DNA from: an uncultured delta proteobacterium
GTDB lineage: Bacteria; Desulfobacterota; WTBG01; CAIYCZ01; CAIRTM01
Direction of reading: 5' to 3'
NCBI GenBank assembly: GCA_963718965.1
Contig: CAVRBJ010000027.1
Location: forward strand, 73,360 to 137,359
DNA: 64,000 nucleotides
The notes beneath the pieces are model-generated. The model was not told where the DNA came from and ran no database searches. It saw only the letters and a list, made by a program, of their open reading frames with translations. Shown here in pieces: positions 16,589 to 25,427 of the stretch; positions within the stretch are counted from its first letter, which is position 1, and each line of letters starts with the position of its first letter. Both the position numbers and the translations under genes were made by a program.

Positions 16589-18793
16589 ATGCAGAACCAC
16601 AGCGCAGCGCGAAACGCTGCTGCAGATAAAAAATCAGCCCCTGCGTCCCTGCCCGAACACCTGCAGAAGGTGTTCGGTTTTTCCGCATTCAGGCAAAATC
16701 AGGAAGCCATCATCCGCGAGATCATGGCAGGCCGCGACGTTTTCGCCGTCATGCCCACGGGCGGAGGCAAGTCGTTGTGCTACCAGCTCCCGGCCCATAT
16801 CCTTAAAGGCGTCTGCGTAGTCATCAGCCCCCTCATCTCGCTCATGAAAGACCAGGTCGATGCCGCGCGCGACACTGGCCTGCGGGCGGCTTTTCTGAAC
16901 AGCTCCATGAACGGGCGGGAAATGGCCGAAGTATACCGCGAGCTCAAGGAGGGGTTCATCGATCTGCTCTATGTCTCACCCGAGCGCTTCGCCATGGACG
17001 ATTTTATCGCGACCCTCGACTCGGTTCCCCTGTGCCTGTTTGCCATCGACGAGGCCCACTGCATTTCGGAATGGGGCCATGATTTCAGGCCGGATTACCT
17101 GTCCCTTGCAACCATTGCCCAGCGCTTCACCAGCGTACCGGTTGCAGCCTTCACTGCCACGGCCACCCACCGGGTGCAGGACGACACCATCGCCCGGCTT
17201 CGCATGCGCTCGCCCTTTATCGTGCGGGCGTCGTTCAACCGGCCCAATCTTTTTTATCAGGTTCTTGCCAAGCAGAACCCTGAGGACCAGGTTCTTGCCT
17301 TTGTGCACGAGCGGCCCGGCGAAGCAGGCATTGTCTACCGTACAACACGGGCAAGCGTGGAAGAAACAGCCGCGCACCTGATGCGCGCAGGCATCAAGGC
17401 CCTGCCCTACCATGCCGGGCTCGACGCACACACGCGCACGAAACATCAGGATGCCTTTAACCGCGACGAGGTGCGCGTCATGGTGGCCACCATCGCCTTC
17501 GGCATGGGTATCGACAAATCAAACACCCGGTTCATTATCCACGCCGATCTGCCCAAAAACATGGAAGGCTACTATCAGGAGACGGGCCGCGCGGGCCGCG
17601 ACGGAGAGCCCGCCCACTGCCTGCTGCTCTACGGCCGGGGCGACATTGCGAAAATCCGCTATTTCATCGATCAGATGACCGATGAACAGCAGCGCCGCGC
17701 AGCACTTGATAAGCTTGGCGCAATGGCCGACTATGCCGGCTTCAATATCTGCCGGCGGCGCCAGGTGCTTGCCTATTTCGGCGAGAGCTACGAGCATGAA
17801 AATTGCGGCGCCTGCGACATCTGCGCCGACCATGTGGAGCGCGTCGATGCCACGCGGGAAGCCCAGATGATCATGTCGGCCATAGCGCGCACGCAGGAGC
17901 GCTTCGGCGCAGTCCATATCATTTCGCTTGTCAGGGGAGAGCGCACGAAAAAAATAGTTGAGCTTGAGCACGACGCCTTAAAGACTTTCGGCGTGGGAAA
18001 GGACCGCGAGAGCCCTTTTTGGCATTCTATCATCGCCGAGCTGATCGTGCGGGAATGCATCGTGCGCACCGATGATCATTACCCCGTCTTGCACCTGCTG
18101 CCCAAAGGCCGGGAAATTTTGCGGGGCGCAAAAACCTTCACCGTGCTCAAACGGGAAGCAACCGTCAAACGCCGAAAAATTGCCTCCTTCGAAGCCTATA
18201 ACGAAAATTTGTTCGGGGGTCTGCAGGACCTTCGCAAGCGCATTGCCGACGAGCGCGGCGTGCCCGCCTTTGTCATCTTCTCCGACAGCACCCTGCACGA
18301 CATGTGCCGCCGCTTCCCCACGACGGAACAGGAGTTGCTGCAGGTAACGGGAGTTGGTGAACAGAAACTGCGGCTCTACGGCCCGCGCTTCATGGCCGTG
18401 GTCAAGCGGTTTCTGACGGACAATCCCCATTGTGCGCCGGTGCGCCTCGTGCCACCGCCTCCGCGGCAGGACGAAACCCCGGCGCGCAAGGGTGCAACGC
18501 TTGAGACAACATTCGAGCTTGCCCGCCAGGGCATGCATTACAGCGACATCGCCGCCCGCCGCGGGCTTACCACAACAACTGTTGCCGGGCATCTTGAAAA
18601 ACTTCTGCGGCAAAAGTACTCGCTGGAAATTGAGCCCCAGGTGCCGCAGGCCAAACGACAGGCCATCACGCAGGCTTTCAAGAAATCCGGTTCGCTGAGC
18701 CTCGCGCCGGTCATGGCCGAGCTTGAAGACCGCGTTTCCTATGAGGAAGCCCGCATCGTGCGGGGCTATCTTGAAGGAAAAGGTGAGCTGTAG
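16589..18793 (+). CDS. recQ: ATP-dependent DNA helicase RecQ
   Basis: Intact 734-aa ORF: FGFSAFRQNQEAII...MPTGGGKSLCYQLP...DEAHCISEWGHDFRPDY, then a zinc-binding/RQC region and a C-terminal HRDC-like region. Confidence 0.92.
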   Translation: MQNHSAARNAAADKKSAPASLPEHLQKVFGFSAFRQNQEAIIREIMAGRDVFAVMPTGGGKSLCYQLPAHILKGVCVVISPLISLMKDQVDAARDTGLRAAFLNSSMNGREMAEVYRELKEGFIDLLYVSPERFAMDDFIATLDSVPLCLFAIDEAHCISEWGHDFRPDYLSLATIAQRFTSVPVAAFTATATHRVQDDTIARLRMRSPFIVRASFNRPNLFYQVLAKQNPEDQVLAFVHERPGEAGIVYRTTRASVEETAAHLMRAGIKALPYHAGLDAHTRTKHQDAFNRDEVRVMVATIAFGMGIDKSNTRFIIHADLPKNMEGYYQETGRAGRDGEPAHCLLLYGRGDIAKIRYFIDQMTDEQQRRAALDKLGAMADYAGFNICRRRQVLAYFGESYEHENCGACDICADHVERVDATREAQMIMSAIARTQERFGAVHIISLVRGERTKKIVELEHDALKTFGVGKDRESPFWHSIIAELIVRECIVRTDDHYPVLHLLPKGREILRGAKTFTVLKREATVKRRKIASFEAYNENLFGGLQDLRKRIADERGVPAFVIFSDSTLHDMCRRFPTTEQELLQVTGVGEQKLRLYGPRFMAVVKRFLTDNPHCAPVRLVPPPPRQDETPARKGATLETTFELARQGMHYSDIAARRGLTTTTVAGHLEKLLRQKYSLEIEPQVPQAKRQAITQAFKKSGSLSLAPVMAELEDRVSYEEARIVRGYLEGKGEL

Positions 18794-18960
18794 GAGATCT
18801 GGTATGCTGCAGTTCGGCACAGCCGCCACAGTGATGCACACCCATTGCTGTAGAAAAAAGTTTAAAGGAGCTGACGACGGCTGCACAGAATTATACGGCA
18901 TAATAAACCATAAAAACCCATGTTTCTATCTGTACTGTGCAACTTTGTTTTGCATACATG

Positions 18961-19071
18961 GTTCGACCCTTCGACTGCTCGACAGGCTCGCACTCAGGAC
19001 TCACCATAAACAAAATATTCATGTAATCATGGTTATAAAACCGTTCGCCCTGAGCTTGTCGAAGGGTGAAC
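18961..19071. repeat. Long imperfect palindromic repeat element (the SLSKGE / FDKLRxxG type common in delta- and other proteobacteria)
   Basis: GTTCGACCCTTCGAC (18961-18975) pairs with GTCGAAGGGTGAAC (19058-19071). The inner arms CTCGACAGGCTCGCACTCAGGAC and GTTCGCCCTGAGCTTGTCGAAG are also partly complementary. Confidence 0.45.
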
Positions 19072-19118
19072 GGGGGTTGTATGCATGAAGGCAGAGGTTC
19101 CGTGGTGTGTCTGATGAC

Positions 19119-19153
19119 AAAAAAGGCCTTCCCGATGGGGAAGGCCTTTTTTT
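19119..19153. terminator. Bidirectional rho-independent terminator between recQ and fcl
   Basis: AAGGCCTTCCC-GATG-GGGAAGGCCTT forms an 11-bp stem, flanked by an A-run on the left and a T-run on the right. Confidence 0.7.
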
Positions 19154-19173
19154 CTAGAATCAGCAAAACTGCT

Positions 19174-20103
19174 TTATGGATAGCGCTTCAGGAAATCTTC
19201 ATAGGCGATTTTCAGCCCTTCTTTCAGCTCTGTCCCGTGGCGCCAGCCAAGGCTGTGCAGCTTTGACATATCCAGCAGCTTTTGGGGCGTGCCATCGGGC
19301 TTTGAGCTGTCCCAGGCGATACTGCCGCTATAGCCTGTGGTGACAGCGATCATTTCAGCAAGTTCTTGTATGGTCATATCGCTGCCCGTGCCGACATTGA
19401 CATGCTCGGCTTCATTATAGGTGTGCATGAGACTATAACAGGCATCGGCAAGGTCATCGACATAGAGAAATTCGCGCCGCGGTTTGCCCGTGCCCCAACA
19501 GACCACTTCCGTCAGCCCCTGAGTTTTTGCCTCATGAAACCGGCGTATGAGCGCGGGAATGACATGAGTGTCCTCGGGATGGTAGTTGTCGCCCGGCCCG
19601 TAGAGATTGGTGGGCATGACTGCTATGAAATTGCACCCGTACTGCTTGCGGTACATCTGACAAAGCTTGATGCCGGCGATTTTTGCTATGGCATAGGCCT
19701 CATTGGTTACTTCAAGAGATCCCGTGAGCAGACTGCCCTCCTTCATGGGCTGGGGGGCCAGTTTCGGATAGATGCACGAGGAGCCCAGAAACAAAAGCTT
19801 TTTGACGTTATGCTCCCAGGAGCAGTTGATGACATTGCACTCGATCATCAGGTTTTCGTAGATAAACTGGGCGGAATAGACATTGTTCGCCCGGATGCCG
19901 CCTACTTTTGCAGCTGCGAGAAACACATACTGCGGCTGCTCTGCCGCAAAAAAATCGCGCACCGCCTGCTGGTTGGTAAGGTCGAGCTCATGAAAGGTTC
20001 GCAGAATGAGATTGTGATACCCTTCTGCCTCAAGCCGTCTTTTTATAGCGGAGCCAACCAAACCGAGATGGCCGGCAATATAAATTTTGTCAGATTTTTC
20101 CAT
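19174..20103 (-). CDS. fcl: GDP-L-fucose synthase (GDP-4-keto-6-deoxy-D-mannose epimerase/reductase)
   Basis: 309-aa protein: [14 protein letters not shown]...[10 protein letters not shown]...[10 protein letters not shown]...YAIAKIAG...NLYGPGDNY, like Fcl/WcaG end to end. Confidence 0.9.
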   Translation of the reverse strand: MEKSDKIYIAGHLGLVGSAIKRRLEAEGYHNLILRTFHELDLTNQQAVRDFFAAEQPQYVFLAAAKVGGIRANNVYSAQFIYENLMIECNVINCSWEHNVKKLLFLGSSCIYPKLAPQPMKEGSLLTGSLEVTNEAYAIAKIAGIKLCQMYRKQYGCNFIAVMPTNLYGPGDNYHPEDTHVIPALIRRFHEAKTQGLTEVVCWGTGKPRREFLYVDDLADACYSLMHTYNEAEHVNVGTGSDMTIQELAEMIAVTTGYSGSIAWDSSKPDGTPQKLLDMSKLHSLGWRHGTELKEGLKIAYEDFLKRYP

Positions 20104-20510
20104 AGCAAGTTTAGAGTCCGTTTCCTGATATGCTGTTTAAAGGTACGTAAGCCATGCAACCGGCTCCAGAGCTGCGGTGGCGTGGCTGTCCCCGACACAG
20201 GCCTCAAGCATGGCTGGTTTTAAAAATAAAAGCATACTTCAAACCGCTGTGCATTGCAAGAAAGTGATGCTTCCCGCCTGTAAAGCGGACTTTGAACGGC
20301 ATAATCAGGTCAAACGGACCCGGCGACTGCAGATGGAGAGTTAGAAGCGCGGTATAATGAGCAGCTGCATTCCAAAAAGATAATGCATTGAGTGTGCCGT
20401 TTTCAGGTCAATAAAAAAAATCCTGTTGAAAACTTTTTTGCAGGGCTCTTTGAACGATGCACAGAATCTTTTATTTTTAAGTATCTGAAATAGCTTGTTT
20501 ATTATTCTGC

Positions 20511-20807
20511 TCAATTATTGAGCAAAATCAACAATAGCCCCGTTTTTTCGGCCTGGAAGCATTTTTCAACATGGTTTTCCACAGCAAGCTCACAAAGGGT
20601 GTGGATTGATGCCACAACACTGCCTTCTGCCTTTATTTTTTTCGATAGGGCGGTGCGTTTCTGCTTTGGACGAAGCTCCGCGGTTCCGAATACGTCTATA
20701 AATTTTTCTGCAGCCCCCCATACAAAAAAGGGGATAAAGGGATGAAAATAAAACAACAGCCGCAGTCTGTATAACCCTACACATGCTTTAAGTATTTTTT
20801 GAGGCAT
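20511..20807 (-). CDS. Hypothetical protein (weak call)
   Basis: This is the only sizeable ORF in an AT-richer 0.7-kb gap and has no recognisable motif. A perfect palindrome TGCTCAAT-T-ATTGAGCA overlaps its stop (20508-20524). Confidence 0.25.
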   Translation of the reverse strand: MPQKILKACVGLYRLRLLFYFHPFIPFFVWGAAEKFIDVFGTAELRPKQKRTALSKKIKAEGSVVASIHTLCELAVENHVEKCFQAEKTGLLLILLNN

Positions 20808-20834
20808 GAAGCAGTGTCAACGTGCCGTCTGGCA

Positions 20835-21872
20835 TTAATAGAGAATCCAGGGTTGCGGCAGGAAAATTTTTTCATAGGCGCTGAAGGCGTAGCGGTCTGT
20901 CATACCGGATATAAAATCGCAGACATCGGTTGCAAGGCTTCCGGAGTTGTAGTTTCTGCCGGCTTCCTTGTAGAAGTAGTCAGGCTTTTCAAGATAATAA
21001 TAATACAGCTCGGTCAAAATTTTTGATGCCTTTCTGAAATCATCATAGACGGCGTTTGTGCTGTAGACACGCTCATCAAGAAAGCGCCGCAACTCCCGCG
21101 CGGCATCAAGGATTTCGGGGCTTGCCGAAATTTTTGCAAGGCCGCAGTCCATGGTGGCCTGTATGACGTCATGCACCATTTTGCCGATGCGCCTGGCATG
21201 GGTCGAGCCAAGCATCAGCATGAATTCTACGCCGGCACCCTGCAGCTCTTTTGCGGCTATGACACGGGCTCGCAGCGCATCATCAAGATCGTGATTGAGA
21301 TAGGCAATAGAATCGGCAATGCGCACGATCTGCCCCTCAAGCGTTTCCGGCATTAGGGATAAGTTGTCGGGCAGAATCGGGCCGCCGCGTTTTGAATGCT
21401 TGAGAATGCCGTCGCGCACTTCATGGGTAAGGTTGAGCTTTTCCAGAACGTCAACCACCCGCAGGCTTTGCTCGGGATGCCGGAATCCGCCCGGCACGAT
21501 TCTGTTAAGCACATCCTCGCCGGCATGCCCGAAAGGCGTATGCCCCAGGTCATGCGCCAGGGCTATGGCCTCGGTCAGGTCTTCGTTGAGAAACAGCGAC
21601 TTGGCGATTGTGCGGCCGATCTGCGCAACCTCCAGGGTATGGGTGAGGCGTGTGCGGTAGTGATCGCCGGAGGGTGACAGGAATACCTGCGTTTTGTGCT
21701 TCAGGCGGCGAAAGGCCTTGGAGTGGATAATGCGGTCGCGGTCGTGCTGAAACGCCGGCCTCAGGTCGCATTCTTTCTCCCGCTGCAGCCTGCCACTGCT
21801 CTGGCAGCTAAGCTTTGCCCTGGGCGAAAGCGTGGTTCGTTCAATCTCTTCAAGCCGTTCGCGGATCATCAT
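20835..21872 (-). CDS. dgt: dGTP triphosphohydrolase-like HD-domain protein
   Basis: Contains ...FQHDRDRIIHSKAFRRLKHKTQVF...DHYRTRLTHTLEVAQIGR...AHDLGHTPFGHAGE... Confidence 0.88.
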   Translation of the reverse strand: MMIRERLEEIERTTLSPRAKLSCQSSGRLQREKECDLRPAFQHDRDRIIHSKAFRRLKHKTQVFLSPSGDHYRTRLTHTLEVAQIGRTIAKSLFLNEDLTEAIALAHDLGHTPFGHAGEDVLNRIVPGGFRHPEQSLRVVDVLEKLNLTHEVRDGILKHSKRGGPILPDNLSLMPETLEGQIVRIADSIAYLNHDLDDALRARVIAAKELQGAGVEFMLMLGSTHARRIGKMVHDVIQATMDCGLAKISASPEILDAARELRRFLDERVYSTNAVYDDFRKASKILTELYYYYLEKPDYFYKEAGRNYNSGSLATDVCDFISGMTDRYAFSAYEKIFLPQPWILY

Positions 21873-22020
21873 GGAGCCATTCTCATGTAACGATTATGTT
21901 GAAAGTATGTTAAAATAATATGAACAGGTATATAATTGCAATTTAAAAAAACTGCTTGTGGCGGCGCAATATCTATATAATAGTAATAAAAAGAACGACT
22001 ACTGTAGGGAGTTATGCAAC

Positions 22021-23055
22021 ATGATAAAAAATGGTAGTGCACTGGTCACTTTTGCCATACTGCTGTGCACAGCGGCATGCTCGATCAATCCCACAACATT
22101 TGAAAGCGAGTTCAATGTTGTAAGCGAGACAAAAGAGGTAAATATCGGCCGCGGCGCCGATCCCCAGATCATCAAGCGCTTCGGCTATTACCGCAACCCG
22201 GCTTTGCAAAATTATATTGACGGCGTGGGGCAGAAGCTTGCCCGCGTATGCAGGCGCAATGACATCACCTATCACTTCACCGTACTTGACACGGACATGG
22301 AAAACGCTTTTGCCGTGCCGGGCGGCTATATCTATATCACGCGGGGGCTGCTGGCCATGATGAACAACGAGGCCGAGCTTGCCGGAGTGCTCGGCCATGA
22401 GGTCGGCCATGTTGTGGGGCGCGACAGCGCCACGCTCATGAGCCAGAGCATGATCGCCCAGATAGCCGTGCTTGCAGGCGCTGCGGGAGCTGCAGCCGGC
22501 GGCGGATCTCCGGAGCTTGCGGCGGCCAGCAATCAGCTTTTCAATTCGGTCATGCTCGGCTACAGCCGCCAGAAGGAGAACCTGGCAGATGAGCAGTCGG
22601 TTGATTATGTGATGAAGGCAGGATATGACCCCATGCAGATGGCGGCTTTTCTTCGCACGCTTTCCTTCTCAAGCCAGGGATACACGGGCGTGCAGCAGTA
22701 CCTGACCACTCACCCCTATATTTTCGACCGTATTTCCCGTGTTCAGGCGAAGGCAAAAGTCTCGCAGGCCATGGACAGCGCCATGGGACAGCTGCAGAAC
22801 CGTCCGGAAAAAACTGCTGTCCACGGCGACGTGTTCGGCGAAAAATATTTAAGCATGATCGACGGCCTTGCCTACGGCCCCAGAGATGCGCTCCGTCATA
22901 TCAAGATATACACGGTGGCTTCCGGCGATACCTTTGAAACGATTTCGCGCAAGACAATGGGAACCTCGACACAGGCAAAAAAACTGGCCCAGCTGAACGG
23001 CCTGCCCGAAGGCTCGCCGCTTATACCCGGGGTAAAAATAAAAACCATTTTTTAA
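22021..23055 (+). CDS. M48-family Zn metalloprotease with a C-terminal LysM domain (probable exported or lipoprotein)
   Basis: HEVGHVVGRD zinc motif, a signal-like MIKNGSALVTFAILLCTAAC, and a C-terminal YTVASGDTFETISRK...LAQLNGL...PGVKIK (LysM). I chose the ATG at 22021 (GGAG upstream) over the track start at 21958. Confidence 0.85.
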   Translation: MIKNGSALVTFAILLCTAACSINPTTFESEFNVVSETKEVNIGRGADPQIIKRFGYYRNPALQNYIDGVGQKLARVCRRNDITYHFTVLDTDMENAFAVPGGYIYITRGLLAMMNNEAELAGVLGHEVGHVVGRDSATLMSQSMIAQIAVLAGAAGAAAGGGSPELAAASNQLFNSVMLGYSRQKENLADEQSVDYVMKAGYDPMQMAAFLRTLSFSSQGYTGVQQYLTTHPYIFDRISRVQAKAKVSQAMDSAMGQLQNRPEKTAVHGDVFGEKYLSMIDGLAYGPRDALRHIKIYTVASGDTFETISRKTMGTSTQAKKLAQLNGLPEGSPLIPGVKIKTIF

Positions 23056-23273
23056 TTACCCGTGTTTCAGGTCAAGCTTCTGCCCGGCTTGTGTCTCTTT
23101 ACCCGGCCTTGTAGGCGGGGAGCATCAGTAACGCTACCGTGGAAGGGTGTGTATCGGGGGCACTTGAGGATGCATCGCAGAGATGCATTGACAGCATAAC
23201 CGGTTTGTGGTTGTATAGAAAAATGTGCTGTATTTACACCTTAGTATAAACCTATTATAAAGGAGCATGCTCT

Positions 23274-23651
23274 ATGAAGAAACTATTAACAGTATTTGTG
23301 CTTGCATGCGGGTTAAGCTTGGTAATTTCCGGCTGCGGTATTGATGAGCTCAAAAAAGAGGTCGAAAATAAAAATACAGCCATAAAAAAATACGAAACGG
23401 AAAAAGTCGAACTCAATAAGAAAATTCAGGAATTAACGGCAACGCTGTCTAAAAAAGATGCTGATATAAAAAAGGCGCAGACAGACGCTGTGAATGCAAG
23501 CGGTAATCTTGCCATAGCCGGAACCGAGTTGAGCGCAGCCAAGGTTCAGGCCGGATTACTGACAACACAAGTGGATACATTGAAGGCTGATTTGGCCAAG
23601 GCGCAGGCCGAGCTCCAGAATTGCGCTTCAAAAAAGGCCAAGAAAAAATAA
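23274..23651 (+). CDS. Small coiled-coil lipoprotein
   Basis: Lipobox LVISGC, then heptad-like Lys/Glu/Ala-rich sequence. RBS AAGGAG. Confidence 0.7.
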   Translation: MKKLLTVFVLACGLSLVISGCGIDELKKEVENKNTAIKKYETEKVELNKKIQELTATLSKKDADIKKAQTDAVNASGNLAIAGTELSAAKVQAGLLTTQVDTLKADLAKAQAELQNCASKKAKKK

Positions 23652-23696
23652 AGCAATTCCGATTGGGCTACAGATAAACTTTGAAAATATTTTTTT

Positions 23697-23733
23697 AAAG
23701 GAGGCGGCTTATAATAGCCGCCTCCTTTATTTT
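23697..23733 (+). terminator. Rho-independent terminator
   Basis: AAAGGAGGCGGCT-TATAAT-AGCCGCCTCCTTT forms a 13-bp stem followed by ATTTT. Confidence 0.7.
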
Positions 23734-23881
23734 GATGGCGCTGTACCACTCAAGCGCGAACGGCTCCATAGTCAGCGCCCGTATTTTTATTGACACATAA
23801 TCGCCCCGCCACTATATTCTAATTTCTCTACTAGAGATAATCCCCTGCATACTTATTTATTACGAACTGGAGACTGCGGAC

Positions 23882-25225
23882 ATGAATTTTGAAAAAATCG
23901 CTTTGCATGTGCCGACCATCCTGCTGCCAAAAGAAGGCGTTGATCTTGCCAAATGGGCTGTTGTTGCCTGCGACCAATACACATCGCAGCCCGACTACTG
24001 GGACCGGGTGCGGCGGTTTGCGGGCGATAGCCCATCGACCCTCAAGCTTACCCTTCCTGAGGTGTATCTTGAATCTCCGGATGTGGGCAATATGATCACC
24101 GCAATCAACAAAGAGATGAAAGCCTGTCTCGAGCAGGGCATTCTTGCCGCGCAGCAGCCGGGATTCATGCTTGTCGAGCGGACAACAGCCCAGGGCAAGG
24201 TTCGCAAAGGCTTGATTGCCGCCCTTGACCTTGAGAACTACGACTACACCCGTGAGTCTACCACGCTTATCCGCGCCACTGAGGGCACTATTATCGACCG
24301 GCTCCCCCCTCGCATCAAAGTGCGCGAGCATGCCCCCATCGAACTGCCCCATATCATGGTTCTTATCGACGATCCTGACCGAACGGTAATCGAGCCGCTG
24401 TTTCAAAAAGAATTGCCAAAAACCTATGATACCGATCTCATGATGGACAGCGGCCATGTCAGCGGATATCTGGTGTCGGGTGATGCCGATATCCGGGAAG
24501 TCTCGCAGGCCCTTGAGCGCCTTGCCGCGCCTGAGGCTTTTGGCGCGCGCTATGGCGTTGCCGGCAAGCCCGTTCTGCTCTATGCCCTGGGCGACGGCAA
24601 TCACTCATTTGCCACGGCCAAGGTCATCTGGGAAAATCTCAAAAAAGCCGCGCCTGATACAGCAGCCATTATGAACAACCCGGCGCGGTATGCGCTGGTT
24701 GAGCTGGTGAATATCCATGACGAAGGCCTTGAATTTGAGCCCATCTACCGCGTGATGTTCAATGTTGATCTCCAGGACATGCTTGCCCGGATGGAGAGCT
24801 TTTACAGCAGTCAGGATTCTTTATTTTCATGGCAGGATGTTGCGGAAAGGGCGGACATGAGAAAAAAAGCCGCGCAGCTTGCCCGGCCCGGCAGGCACAT
24901 GATTCCTTTTGTGGCAGGCAAGTCCCTGGGCCTGCTCTGCATTGACAAGCCTGCCCTCACTCTTGAGGTTGCAACGCTGCAGGCTTTTCTGGATGCCTAT
25001 ATGCAGGAGCGGCCTGAAGCAAAGATCGATTATATCCACGGCGCGGACATTGTTGCGGAACTGGGCTCCCAGCCGGGCAATATCGGCTTTGCGCTGCCGG
25101 TCATTTCAAAGTTCGATTTTTTCAGGACGGTCATCCTCGATGGGGCCCTGCCGCGCAAGACCTTCTCCATGGGCGAGGCTCATGAGAAGCGCTTCTATCT
25201 TGAGTGCCGGAAGATAGTATCCTGA
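23882..25225 (+). CDS. DUF1015-family conserved protein
   Basis: 447-aa protein: ...ILLPKEGVDLAKWAVVACDQYTSQPDYW...LGDGNHSFATAK...; the overall pattern matches what I recall for DUF1015. Confidence 0.75.
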   Translation: MNFEKIALHVPTILLPKEGVDLAKWAVVACDQYTSQPDYWDRVRRFAGDSPSTLKLTLPEVYLESPDVGNMITAINKEMKACLEQGILAAQQPGFMLVERTTAQGKVRKGLIAALDLENYDYTRESTTLIRATEGTIIDRLPPRIKVREHAPIELPHIMVLIDDPDRTVIEPLFQKELPKTYDTDLMMDSGHVSGYLVSGDADIREVSQALERLAAPEAFGARYGVAGKPVLLYALGDGNHSFATAKVIWENLKKAAPDTAAIMNNPARYALVELVNIHDEGLEFEPIYRVMFNVDLQDMLARMESFYSSQDSLFSWQDVAERADMRKKAAQLARPGRHMIPFVAGKSLGLLCIDKPALTLEVATLQAFLDAYMQERPEAKIDYIHGADIVAELGSQPGNIGFALPVISKFDFFRTVILDGALPRKTFSMGEAHEKRFYLECRKIVS

Positions 25226-25427
25226 CCTATGTGCTGCGGGCACTGAATGCTCTAAGAAAATCCCTTCCATAAAAACATTGCTGAAAGCCTTCAATTTGGC
25301 GGGGTAGCAGCATCATGCATGCCTGAAAGGCCATCTTTGATTATACCTGGTGGTATTTTCCCTCCTTTTAAAGTCCGCCTATTTTAGGCTTGTTATACAT
25401 GCCGGTCTTTGAGTATTATCAATTGCC

